Shown here piece by piece: positions 9,870 to 18,646 of a stretch of 64,000 nt of DNA. The first letter of the stretch is position 1. Every line of letters begins with the position of its first letter. The notes beneath the pieces were generated by a model. The model was not told the origin of the DNA, did not search any database, and worked only from the letters and a program-made list of their open reading frames with translations. The translations under genes and the position numbers were made by a program. Source of the stretch: Dehalococcoidia bacterium (lineage in GTDB: Bacteria > Chloroflexota > Dehalococcoidia > Lucifugimonadales > UBA2985); assembly GCA_034423135.1 (NCBI GenBank), contig DAOUJC010000004.1, forward strand, positions 65,738-129,737. The letters are read 5' to 3'.

Positions 9870-10772
9870 CTATGCCCCCGCGGCCACCGGCAGGTCGACC
9901 GTGTACGCCTCCATCATGGCACGGAGCTGCTGCGCCGTACGCTCGTCCGGCGGCGTGAGCGGCAGCCTTGGTGAGCCCACGTCGAACCCTGCTTCGCACA
10001 GTCCGAACTTCACCGGTATGGGGTTGGACACGATGAACAGCCCCTTGAAGATGGGGGTGAGCCTGAGGTGCTCCGCCGCGGCCTCCGCCGTCTTTCCCTC
10101 CACCGTCGCGTCCATCATGCACTTGATCTGGCGGCCCACCAGATGCGACGCCACGCTCACCACGCCGAATCCGCCCATCGCCATGATGCCGAACGTGTCG
10201 CTGTCGTTGCCGCTCCAGACGCGGAAGCCGTCCGGTGCGCCGGCCAGGATGCGCGCGATCTGGTCGAAGTCGCCGCTGGCCTCCTTGACGCCTGCGATGT
10301 TGTCGATCTCCGCCAGGCGCAGCGTAGTCTCCCACGAGAGGCTCGTTATCGTGCGGCTGGGCACGTTGTAGAGGATGCAAGGAAGGCTTGTGCTCTCAGC
10401 TATTGCTCGAAAGTGGAGGTACAGGCCCTCCTGGGTTGGCTTGTTGTAGTAGGGCACCACCAGCAGCGCGGCGTCCGCGCCCGCCTTTTCCGCCTCGCGG
10501 GTGAGCTCGATGCTCTCGGCGGTGCTGTAGTTGCCGGTTCCTGCCACGACGGCGCCGCGGTCGCCGAGCTCCGACTTGACCTCGCGGAACAGGCGGAGCT
10601 TCTCTTCAGTGGTTAGTGTGGGCGATTCTCCGGTGGTACCGGATACCACCAGCCCGTCGCTTCCCGAGTCCAGCAGGGCGGAGGCCAGCCTCCTGGCCTG
10701 GGCGAAGTCCACGTCGCCCTGCGCGTCGAAGGGTGTCACCATTGCCGTGATGAGCCTGCCGACGTTGACCAT
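9870..10772 (-). CDS. dapA: 4-hydroxy-tetrahydrodipicolinate synthase
   Basis: MVNVGRLITAMVTPF..., GTTGES, and an active-site Lys region (IAGVKEASGD). The ATG at 10772 follows GGAGG and sits 6 nt after the asd stop. The longer ORF to 10883 overlaps asd. Confidence 0.94.
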   Translation of the reverse strand: MVNVGRLITAMVTPFDAQGDVDFAQARRLASALLDSGSDGLVVSGTTGESPTLTTEEKLRLFREVKSELGDRGAVVAGTGNYSTAESIELTREAEKAGADAALLVVPYYNKPTQEGLYLHFRAIAESTSLPCILYNVPSRTITSLSWETTLRLAEIDNIAGVKEASGDFDQIARILAGAPDGFRVWSGNDSDTFGIMAMGGFGVVSVASHLVGRQIKCMMDATVEGKTAEAAAEHLRLTPIFKGLFIVSNPIPVKFGLCEAGFDVGSPRLPLTPPDERTAQQLRAMMEAYTVDLPVAAGA

Positions 10773-10777
10773 GATAC

Positions 10778-11809
10778 CTACCTCCTGACGGATGGGGATA
10801 AGGCCTCTTCCTTCACCACCACTTCGGCTATCTGTACGGCGTTCAGAGCGGCGCCCTTCCGCAGGTTGTCGGCCACGATCCACATGGCCAAGCCGCTGGG
10901 ATGGGACACGTCCTCCCTGATGCGGCCGACGAAGACGTCGTCGGTGCCCTCCGCGTAGAGGGGCAGCGGGTAGCGCTGCGAGCTTGGGTCGTCCTGCACG
11001 GCGACGCCGGGCGCGCCGGCCAGTATCTCGCGTGCCTCGCCTGCGGACATGGGGCGGCTAAGCTCCACGTTGACGGACTCGCCGTGGCTCACGTACACCG
11101 GAACGCGCACGCAGGTGGCGCACACCGGCATGTCCTGCTCGTGCATGATCTTGCGCGTCTCCTGGACCATCTTCCACTCCTCGGTGGTGTAGTCGTTGTC
11201 CAGGAAGCTCTCGACGAACGGCAGTGCGTTGAAGGCGATGGGGTGCGGGTATGCCTGCGGTGCAACCTCGCCGTCGCCCTTCACCGCGTGGTCGATCTGC
11301 CCGCGCAGCTCGTCGACGGCGGCGCTGCCTGTGCCCGACACGGCCTGATACGTGGAGACGATGATGCGCTGAATGGAGTTCACCCTGTGTATCGGGTTGA
11401 GCGCAACCACCATCTGAATGGTGGAGCAGTTGGGGTTTGCGATGATGCCGCGGTGCTCCTGCACGTCTTCCGGGTTGACCTCAGGCACAACCAACGGGAC
11501 CTGCGGGTCCATGCGGAAGGCGGAGCTGTTGTCGATGACGACTGCGCCGGCGCGGGCGGCCGCGGGGGAGAAGCGGCGGCTGATGTCGCCGCCGGCGGAG
11601 AACAGCGCAATGTCGATGCCCTCGAAAGAGTCCTCGGTGGTCTCCTCCACCTCAAGCTCTTGACCCATGAACGTGAGACGCTTACCGGCGGAGCGGTCAG
11701 AAGCGAACAGCTTCAGGGAGTCGATTGGGAATGCCCTCTGCTCAAGCACCCGCAGGAACTCGCCTCCAACCAGTCCGGTAGCGCCGACAATTGCAACACG
11801 AAAGCCCAT
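10778..11809 (-). CDS. asd: aspartate-semialdehyde dehydrogenase
   Basis: VAIVGATGLVGGEF Rossmann motif and active-site NPNCSTI. 343 aa. Confidence 0.95.
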   Translation of the reverse strand: MGFRVAIVGATGLVGGEFLRVLEQRAFPIDSLKLFASDRSAGKRLTFMGQELEVEETTEDSFEGIDIALFSAGGDISRRFSPAAARAGAVVIDNSSAFRMDPQVPLVVPEVNPEDVQEHRGIIANPNCSTIQMVVALNPIHRVNSIQRIIVSTYQAVSGTGSAAVDELRGQIDHAVKGDGEVAPQAYPHPIAFNALPFVESFLDNDYTTEEWKMVQETRKIMHEQDMPVCATCVRVPVYVSHGESVNVELSRPMSAGEAREILAGAPGVAVQDDPSSQRYPLPLYAEGTDDVFVGRIREDVSHPSGLAMWIVADNLRKGAALNAVQIAEVVVKEEALSPSVRR

Positions 11810-12145
11810 GTCTCCACCTGAGATGAAAGATTAGCATCCCCAATACTATACGCACTGAGGCGGAATGACAAGAGCGAAGCTCCACCATTCAGTCCTGCGT
11901 AAGCACGGAATGGATGATGGGATGACCGCGCATACGAGCGTTCGTCCACTCATTTCCTGAGACAGCCTCACCTACATTGGGTACAGTGCAAGCCAGGAGT
12001 GAGTAGGAGGGAGCCGCGTACCTCGGCTTGAAGCCGCTGCCATGAAAGCACTACAATCGTGCGGGCGTACACGTCCCACTAAGGATTCCTGCTCTGCGGC
12101 AAGTATTTCTCCCCGCAACAGTGAGATCAAGGGCTAAAGGAGCTC

Positions 12146-13183
12146 ATGCAACTCCGCAAACTGCGCAGAGGGCTGATCGAAGCATATCGAGGATCGGACG
12201 TGGCAGGTCGCGCACAACGCTTCGATGGATGGATCGACAGAGCGTCCGCGGGCGATGCCTCTGCGACGGGATATGACCACGCCGAGACCGTCACGGAATA
12301 CTACGACCTCTGCGGCGAGTTTATGGTGTTTGGCTGGAGTGAGTCCCTGCACTTCGCGCCGCTATCGCCGAAGGAGAGCCTGGAAGAGTCCCAGGTCCGC
12401 CATCAGCGACTGATGATCTCCAAGCTGAAGCTATGCGAAGGCATGTCGGTAGTCGACATCGGTTGCGGGATCGGCGGGCCGATGCGCCGCGTCGTCCGCG
12501 AGGCAGGCGTCAGGGTCGCCGGGGTCAACAGCAGCAGGATTCAGCTTGCCAGGGCCAGGTCGCTGAACGCTGAGGCGGGGCTTGACCACATGGTCGATTA
12601 CTTCGCGGGCAGCTTCATGGACATGAGCGCTTTTGTGGACGATACGTTTGACCGGGGATACGCTATCGAGTCAACCTGCCATGCGCCGGACAAGGAGGGT
12701 GCGTTCGCCGAGATATACCGCGTGCTGAAGCCCGGTGCTCTCCTCTGGGGGCAGGAGATGTGTTTGACGGACAGGTTCGATCCCGACGACGATCGGCACC
12801 TCGCGATCAAGCGTGAGCTGATGCACGGCATCGCGCTGAAGGACATCGCGACAACTCACGAGGTGGACCGGACGCTCGAACGGGTGGGATTCGAGGTCAT
12901 AGAGGGGATGGACCGGGCCGTTGGGAAGGACGATTCGATCACGCCGTGGTATCAGCCTATGGAGACCCTCAACAGAACACTAGGCAACGCCGTGTTCAGG
13001 AATTCACTGGGCCGTAGGGTGTTGATCTGGGGAACCAAGTTGGCTGAGGGTGTGGGCGTGTTCCCGAAGGGCTCGGCGGAGGTTGTCAAGCTGCTGCATC
13101 GGACGGCAAACGCCTATGTGGCGGGAGGCAAGACGGGAATCTTCACGCCATTGTACTGCTTCCTGGCTCGCAAGCCCCTTTAG
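12146..13183 (+). CDS. sterol C-24 methyltransferase family (ERG6/SMT-like) SAM-dependent methyltransferase
   Basis: AAAGGAG precedes the ATG. The protein is collinear with yeast ERG6 as I recall it. YYDLCGEFMVFGWSESLHF aligns with YYNVVTDFYEYGWGSSFHF. VVDIGCGIGGPMR aligns with VLDVGCGVGGPAR. YAIESTCHAPDKEGAFAEIYRVLKPG aligns with [26 protein letters not shown]. The C-terminus AGGKTGIFTPLYCFLARKP aligns with AGGKSKLFTPMMLFVARKP. Confidence 0.85.
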   Translation: MQLRKLRRGLIEAYRGSDVAGRAQRFDGWIDRASAGDASATGYDHAETVTEYYDLCGEFMVFGWSESLHFAPLSPKESLEESQVRHQRLMISKLKLCEGMSVVDIGCGIGGPMRRVVREAGVRVAGVNSSRIQLARARSLNAEAGLDHMVDYFAGSFMDMSAFVDDTFDRGYAIESTCHAPDKEGAFAEIYRVLKPGALLWGQEMCLTDRFDPDDDRHLAIKRELMHGIALKDIATTHEVDRTLERVGFEVIEGMDRAVGKDDSITPWYQPMETLNRTLGNAVFRNSLGRRVLIWGTKLAEGVGVFPKGSAEVVKLLHRTANAYVAGGKTGIFTPLYCFLARKPL

Positions 13184-13204
13184 GCGTCTCCCCGGGCGCG
13201 CCTG

Positions 13205-13350
13205 GATCGCGTCTTTCGTCGCAATGACGGCTAGGGTGTGGTGGTGTCATTTCGAGCGAGGCGAAGCCGAGCCGAGAAATCCAGGACCTGCGGCAGTTCA
13301 TGCCACTCTACTGGCGTGAAACCGCGAAATGCTCCGCTCGAAACGACAGT
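13205..13350. repeat. structured interspersed repeat, family 3
   Basis: GTCATTTCGAGCG (13246-13258) pairs with CGCTCGAAACGAC (13335-13347), 12 of 13 complementary. TCGTCGCAATGAC lies upstream. Spurious translations read HFERGEAEPRN / FVAMTA, another signature of small repeats. Confidence 0.55.
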
Positions 13351-13359
13351 GAAGGCCGC

Positions 13360-14166
13360 TTACAGCCCCATGAGCTTGTCCAGGCCCACGGTCAGCCCCT
13401 GTGTCTTCACGACCTCCCGAATGGCCAGCGTGACGCCCGGCATGTAGCACTCGCGGTTGATGGTGTCGTGGCGGAGGCTGAGGGTCTGCCCCTGCGTGCC
13501 CAGCAGCACCTCGTGGTGGGCCATCCTGCCGGGCATTCGCATGCTGTGGACGGATACGCCGTCCACGTCGCCGCCGCGCGTGCCCTCCACCGGCTCCCTC
13601 TCGGGCGCGGGCCTCGTGAACGGGCCCTCGCGGCCCTCGTGCAGGTTGCGCGCCAGCGCGATCGCCGTGCCGGACGGCGAGTCGATCTTGGCCTCGTGAT
13701 GGGCCTCCACGATGTCCACGTAGTCGAAGTAGCGTCCCAGCCCCTTGACCAGGTGCATGAGCAGCACGGCTCCGATGGCAAAGTTGGGCGCGAGAAACGC
13801 TCCGATGCCGTGCTCGCGGGCGAGGGTGTCCAGCTCGCGTACAGAGTCCTCGTTGTGGCCGGTGGTTCCGACGACCAGGTTGACGCCGTGCGCGGCCGCC
13901 ACCCGGCAGGCCGCCAGCGATGCCTCGGCGTTGGTGAAATCCACCATGACCTGCGGCCTGTGGGCGTCCACTATGGCGGCCAAGTCCGGCGAAACGGGAA
14001 TGCTGCCGGAGCCGTCCGGCAGCGGCATGTACTCCTCGCCGGCGGCCCGGTCAACGCCGGCAACCGGCTCAAGGTCCGGCTCGCGGCACACGGCGGCCAG
14101 TACCTCCCTGCCCATCTTTCCCATCACACCGTGTACAAGGACACTTATCGGCGCCATCTCCCGCAC
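13360..14166 (-). CDS. dapB: 4-hydroxy-tetrahydrodipicolinate reductase
   Basis: VLVHGVMGKMGREV NAD(P)-binding motif and EAHHEAKIDSPSGTA catalytic motif. Confidence 0.95.
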   Translation of the reverse strand: MREMAPISVLVHGVMGKMGREVLAAVCREPDLEPVAGVDRAAGEEYMPLPDGSGSIPVSPDLAAIVDAHRPQVMVDFTNAEASLAACRVAAAHGVNLVVGTTGHNEDSVRELDTLAREHGIGAFLAPNFAIGAVLLMHLVKGLGRYFDYVDIVEAHHEAKIDSPSGTAIALARNLHEGREGPFTRPAPEREPVEGTRGGDVDGVSVHSMRMPGRMAHHEVLLGTQGQTLSLRHDTINRECYMPGVTLAIREVVKTQGLTVGLDKLMGL

Positions 14167-14190
14167 CTCACCTATGGGGTGGTCGCCGTC

Positions 14191-16482
14191 CTAGCGGGAC
14201 GGCCTGAACGGAGGCCGCCTGCCTCCCTGCGAGTTGTTGTTCGGTCCTGAGCTGTTCCGCGGCCCGCGGTCGCGGGGCCTGCCCGGCCTGTCGTTGTCGC
14301 GGCGCGGCCTGTCGAACCGGGGCCTGGAGTCTGCGACGCGGGCGGGCGGGCGGTCGTCGGCGCCTCCATCCGAGAGGAGGGCGCGGCGGGACAGGTTGAT
14401 GCGACCCATCGAGTCGATCTCCCTGACCATGACGGTGATCTCGTCACCGATGTTGACAACGTCCTCTACGGACTCCACGCGCTCGGTCGAGAGCTCGCTG
14501 ATGTGCACCAGACCGTCCTTGCCGGGCAGTATCTCCACGAACGCGCCGAAGTTCATAAGGCGCACCACCTTGCCGGTGTAGATGCCGCCGACCTCGGCCT
14601 CCTTGGTCAGAAGCTGGATGCGTTCCACAGCCCTGTCGGCTGCCTCCTGGCTCGTGGAGCCGATGGTCACGGTGCCGTCGTTGTCAACGTTTATGGTGGT
14701 CTTCGTCTCCTCAATGATGGAGCGGATGGTCTTGCCGCCGGGGCCGATTACTGCGCCGATCTTCTCGACGGGTATCGAGAGCCTGATCATTCGAGGCGCG
14801 TACGGGCTCAGGTCCTCACGAGGGGCGGCCAAAGTCTCGCTGATGCGCTCCAGCACGAACATGCGCGCCTCGCGCGCTTGGCTGAGCGCCTCCTCCATGA
14901 TGCCGTAGGTGATCCCCTTCACCTTGATGTCCATCTGGAGGGCGGTGATTCCCTGTGCGGTGCCGGCTACCTTGAAGTCCATGTCGCCGAGGGCGTCCTC
15001 AACGCCCTGTATGTCGGTGAGGATGACGTATCCGCCATCCTCCATCATCACGAGGCCCATAGCCACGCCGGCGACGGGCGCTCGGAGTGGCACGCCGGCG
15101 TCCATCAGTGCCAGGGTGCTGCCGCAGACGCTTGCCATGGAGGTGCTGCCGTTGGAGCCCAGAGACTCGGACACCAGGCGGATGGTGTAGGGGAACTCCT
15201 CCTCGCTCGGCACGACGGGAACCAGCGCGCGCTCCGCTAGAGCGCCGTGGCCTATCTCTCGGCGGCCGGGGCCTCCCACCCGCCGGACCTCGCCGACGGA
15301 GTAGGGGGGGAAGTTGTAGTGGTGCATGTATCGCTTGGAGTCCTCGGGGTTGATGGTGTCCAGCTTCTGGTTCTCAGACATGGAGCCGAGGGTGGCAATT
15401 GTGAGGACCTGCGTCTGGCCGCGGGTGAAGAGGCCGGTGCCGTGAGTCCGCGGCAGGATGGAGGTCTCGCAGGTGATGGGGCGAATCTGCTTGGGCGCTC
15501 GACCGTCAGGCCGAAGGCCGCGCTGGACGATTCCCGAGCGCACCTCTCGCTTGAGCAGCGCGTCGAATGCAGAGCGCACGACCTGCGATGAGTGGTCGTC
15601 CGCGAGCTCAGTTGCGATTTCGCGGCTCAGCTCGTCAAGGGCGCCGTCGCGCTCGCCCTTCTCCCTGCCGGAGAAGATTGTGGAGTGCAGGCGGCCGTCC
15701 ACCATGGAAGCCACCTTCTCGACCAGGTCGGTGCCTGCGATGGGGTCAAGGTTCGGCGTCATCTTGGGCTTGGCGGCGTCGTCCATCAGCTCCCGCTGGA
15801 AGCCGATGATGGTCTGGTTCGTCTCCTGTCCCAGCTTGACCGCGCTGATGATGACGTCCTCAGGCACCTCGTTGGCGCCTGCCTCCACCATTGCGATGGC
15901 TTCGCCGGTGCCGGCCACTACCAGGTCCAGCTTGCTCTCTTCCAGCTGTGCGAACGTGGGGTTGACGACCAGCTCGCCGTCTATGTAGCCGAGCCTTGTG
16001 GCGGCAACTGGCCCATCGAACGGGATCTCGGACAGGCAGAGGGCTGAGGATGCGCCGATGATGCCCAGGACGTCGGGGTCATTCTCCTGGTCTGCGGACA
16101 GAACCGTGACGATGACCTGGATCTCGTTGTGGAAGCCCTTCGGGAAGAGGGGGCGCAGAGGTCGGTCGGTGAGGCGTGCCGCGAGGGTTGCGACCTCCGT
16201 CGGTCGGCCCTCCCTTCGGAAGAAGCTGCCGGGAATCTTGCCCGCGGCGTACAGGCGCTCTTCGTAGTCGATGGTCAGGGGCAGGAAGTCCACGCCTTCC
16301 CTGGGGTTTGGCGCGGCGCAGGCCGTGACCAGCAGGATGGTGTCACCATATCGGACTGTCACGGAGCCGCCAGCCTGGTTGGCCAGCTTGCCGGTCTCGA
16401 TGGTGAGCATGCGACCGGCGATCTCTCCGCTAGCTGTGTGAATCAAGGTATTCTTATCCTCCTCATATTTTGTGAGCAACAT
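14191..16482 (-). CDS. pnp: polyribonucleotide nucleotidyltransferase (PNPase)
   Basis: Two RNase PH domains, a KH domain and an S1 domain (GGIYTGKVVRLMNFGAFVEI). A roughly 60-aa Arg/Pro/Gly-rich C-terminal tail follows. Confidence 0.97.
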   Translation of the reverse strand: MLLTKYEEDKNTLIHTASGEIAGRMLTIETGKLANQAGGSVTVRYGDTILLVTACAAPNPREGVDFLPLTIDYEERLYAAGKIPGSFFRREGRPTEVATLAARLTDRPLRPLFPKGFHNEIQVIVTVLSADQENDPDVLGIIGASSALCLSEIPFDGPVAATRLGYIDGELVVNPTFAQLEESKLDLVVAGTGEAIAMVEAGANEVPEDVIISAVKLGQETNQTIIGFQRELMDDAAKPKMTPNLDPIAGTDLVEKVASMVDGRLHSTIFSGREKGERDGALDELSREIATELADDHSSQVVRSAFDALLKREVRSGIVQRGLRPDGRAPKQIRPITCETSILPRTHGTGLFTRGQTQVLTIATLGSMSENQKLDTINPEDSKRYMHHYNFPPYSVGEVRRVGGPGRREIGHGALAERALVPVVPSEEEFPYTIRLVSESLGSNGSTSMASVCGSTLALMDAGVPLRAPVAGVAMGLVMMEDGGYVILTDIQGVEDALGDMDFKVAGTAQGITALQMDIKVKGITYGIMEEALSQAREARMFVLERISETLAAPREDLSPYAPRMIRLSIPVEKIGAVIGPGGKTIRSIIEETKTTINVDNDGTVTIGSTSQEAADRAVERIQLLTKEAEVGGIYTGKVVRLMNFGAFVEILPGKDGLVHISELSTERVESVEDVVNIGDEITVMVREIDSMGRINLSRRALLSDGGADDRPPARVADSRPRFDRPRRDNDRPGRPRDRGPRNSSGPNNNSQGGRRPPFRPSR

Positions 16483-16520
16483 GGGGAGAACAAAGAAAGA
16501 GCGCCCTTTGAGCGGGCGCT
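16483..16520 (-). terminator. rpsO-pnp intergenic hairpin (terminator/attenuator)
   Basis: On the minus strand, AGCGCCC-GCTCAAA-GGGCGCT (16500-16520) starts at the rpsO stop codon and is followed by CTTTCTTTGTTCT. Confidence 0.5.
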
Positions 16521-16785
16521 ATCTGCGAATGCCAAGGCTGGAGGTAATCTCCAGGTAGCGGGCGCTGTCTTCCTTCAAGAGGTAACGTAGGAGGCGTCGG
16601 CGCTTGCCTACCAACTTGAGCAGCCCGCGGAGACAATGGTAGTCTTTGCGATGCACCCTCAGGTGGTTGCTCAGGTGGTTGATCCTCTGCGTCAGGATGG
16701 CAATCTGCACACCTGTGGAGCCGGTGTCACCTTCCCTGTTCTGGTACTCCCTGATGAGGTCCTGCTTGGTCTCTGTCCCCAGCAT
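16519..16785 (-). CDS. rpsO: 30S ribosomal protein S15
   Basis: 88 aa. [51 protein letters not shown]. Confidence 0.97.
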   Translation of the reverse strand: MLGTETKQDLIREYQNREGDTGSTGVQIAILTQRINHLSNHLRVHRKDYHCLRGLLKLVGKRRRLLRYLLKEDSARYLEITSSLGIRR

Positions 16786-16823
16786 CTACGACTCTGACCT
16801 TTCTCTATTCTCTACTCAGCGGG

Positions 16824-16852
16824 ATTATATCACAGGTTACGCTGGCAGTAAA
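16824..16852 (-). promoter_or_regulatory. sigma-70-type promoter of rpsO
   Basis: The minus strand reads TTTACT (16852-16847), a 17-nt spacer, then TATAAT (16829-16824), about 40 nt upstream of the rpsO ATG. Confidence 0.55.
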
Positions 16853-17075
16853 TTGGAGTTGGTGAATTGGCCGCGCAGCGTGAAGGGGCTGAGAAAGCCG
16901 CTGCCGAGAATTCCAGGCGCTTCGAACTCAGATACGGCATGGACGGATGAGGCGGAAGACCTGATGGAGCGCCCGGCCCGGCGCTGCCAGCTTGCCGGAG
17001 CGGCTGGCCACGCCCGACACACTGGCGAACGGCTCTCTTGTACTTCGCGGCCTACGGTGGTTGGAAGCAGGGCGG

Positions 17076-17414
17076 CTATCGCATTGCGCGTTCAGCGGTG
17101 AAACAGTCGCTGCAGTACACGGGCCTGCCCAGCCTGGGCTGGAATGGCACTTCCGCGTCGCGGCCGCAGGTGGCGCATACTATGGCGTGCATCACGCGGG
17201 GCGCGCCTTCTTCGCTAGTTCGTGACCTACGGCGAGCCGCGCGGCACTGGGGGCAGCGGCTGGGCTCGTTGAGAAGTCCTCGCTTCTGGTAAAAGTCCTG
17301 TTCGCCCTCGGTGAACAGGAACTCGACTCCACACTCTCTGCAAACCAGACTCTTATCACTCAAACCGACGGGTCCTCCTCGGAGAATTCTGGGCCGCTTG
17401 ATCGACCGGTACAT
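17076..17414 (-). CDS. double zinc-ribbon protein (CxxC-x17-CxxC type)
   Basis: CRECGVEFLFTEGEQDFYQKRGLLNEPSRCPQC and CATCGRDAEVPFQPRLGRPVYCSDC. The start is uncertain (17414 or 17462). Confidence 0.6.
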   Translation of the reverse strand: MYRSIKRPRILRGGPVGLSDKSLVCRECGVEFLFTEGEQDFYQKRGLLNEPSRCPQCRAARRRSRTSEEGAPRVMHAIVCATCGRDAEVPFQPRLGRPVYCSDCFTAERAMR

Positions 17415-17631
17415 CGATGCCCAGAACCCCGGAGAAGGACCTTCCGAGCCGCGTCGTAGCATTCCATGTGATATAGAATGCGGTGTTAGTGGGCGAGTCT
17501 ATCATCGAAAACCGTGCGCGTCAAGAGCGCCAAGCGGGGATTGTTGACGCTCAGGGAGCCTGCAACGGCGTTTGGCGGCCGAATGGGTGCGTCGGATTGC
17601 CAATTCACCCCAGATGTGGGACAATGCGTGT

Positions 17632-18516
17632 ATGAGAATTGGCGCGTTCCAGCTAATCGACCCCATCCCCGAGTTCAAGGATCTCCACGCCATCGCCTTG
17701 CTTCATCCTTGGGTGGACGCTGGCAGCGTGGGCACCATGGCCCTGGAGCGGCTGGAGAACCACTTCGGCGCGCAGGAGCTCGGAAAGCTCCACAGGCCCG
17801 GAAGCTTCTTCGACTTTACGCGATATCGACCAACGTCGAAGTTCGTGGAGGGCGAGCGAGTCATCGTGGTACCCAACACCAACGTCTACTACGCGCTGCA
17901 GGATGAGGGCCCCGACTTCCTGTTCATACATCTCATGGAACCTCACGCCTTCGCGGAGAGGTACGTCAAGTCCGTGGTGGAGCTGCTCAAGGCGCTGGAC
18001 GTGAAGAGGTACTGCCGCATCAGCGGCATGTACAACGCCGTTCCTCACACCCGACGCTTGCGAATCACTGGCTCTCCGGAGCTGGAGAAGATGCCGCAGA
18101 TGGCCGGGCTCATCACCCCGCGCCGGGCTACCGGGGGCTACCAGGGCCCAACGAGCATCATGAACTCGCTGACGGACGAGCTGGAGAAGCTGGGCACGGA
18201 AATGATCAACTTCATGGTGCACCTTCCCCACTACCTGAGCCTGGATGAGGATTACCAGGGAACGGCCAGGCTGATGGAGGTGCTGTGCGCGCTCTACGAC
18301 CTGCCGTCCGATCTTGTGGAGGCGGATCTGGGGGTGAGCCAGTACCAGGACGTGGGCAACCGCGTTGAGAAGAACCTCCAGGTGAAGGCTCTCGTGTCGA
18401 AGCTGGAGGAGTACTACGACGACCAGCAGGAGGAGCCGGAGCAGGAGGAGGAGTCTCCTCCGCTGGCGCCCGGCGTGGAAAACTTCCTCCGCGAGATGGG
18501 CATCCGCCTGGACTAG
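17632..18516 (+). CDS. PAC2 (proteasome assembly chaperone 2-like) family protein
   Basis: HAIALLHPWVDAGSVGTMALERLENHF and FFDFTRYRPTSKF match the PAC2 W-DAG and D-x-RP pattern. The C-terminal tail is acidic. I chose the ATG at 17632 over the longer ORF from 17572. Confidence 0.7.
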   Translation: MRIGAFQLIDPIPEFKDLHAIALLHPWVDAGSVGTMALERLENHFGAQELGKLHRPGSFFDFTRYRPTSKFVEGERVIVVPNTNVYYALQDEGPDFLFIHLMEPHAFAERYVKSVVELLKALDVKRYCRISGMYNAVPHTRRLRITGSPELEKMPQMAGLITPRRATGGYQGPTSIMNSLTDELEKLGTEMINFMVHLPHYLSLDEDYQGTARLMEVLCALYDLPSDLVEADLGVSQYQDVGNRVEKNLQVKALVSKLEEYYDDQQEEPEQEEESPPLAPGVENFLREMGIRLD

Positions 18517-18646
18517 GCGCAGCTTCCCGCAATCCGCAGTTCGGAATAGTCAGCAGAGTTCCTCCAGGCGGTCGGGGATCGCGGCTTCAACGTAAGCCTG
18601 ACAAGACACTGCTTCCGGGCTGTCTCCTGCTATACCAGCATACGTC

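Noticed and set aside
11810-12145. Possible lysine riboswitch in the 336-nt spacer upstream of the asd-dapA operon. The minus strand contains GAGGCUGUCUCA and GGUGGAGCU, reminiscent of L-box GGCUGUCA and CUGGAGAGCU.
   Set aside because: The two motifs are about 85 nt apart instead of about 25. I could not find the AGAGGNGC, GCCGAAG or loop-E elements or a convincing P1. A cmsearch with Rfam RF00168 would settle it. For now I treat the region as a divergent promoter spacer.
16853-17075. Possible small RNA or small gene in the 220-nt gap between the zinc-ribbon gene and the rpsO promoter (61-aa ORF at 16837-17022).
   Set aside because: The ORF translation is low-complexity and has no ribosome-binding site. 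I saw no conserved RNA motif or convincing terminator. The region stays unassigned pending expression data.
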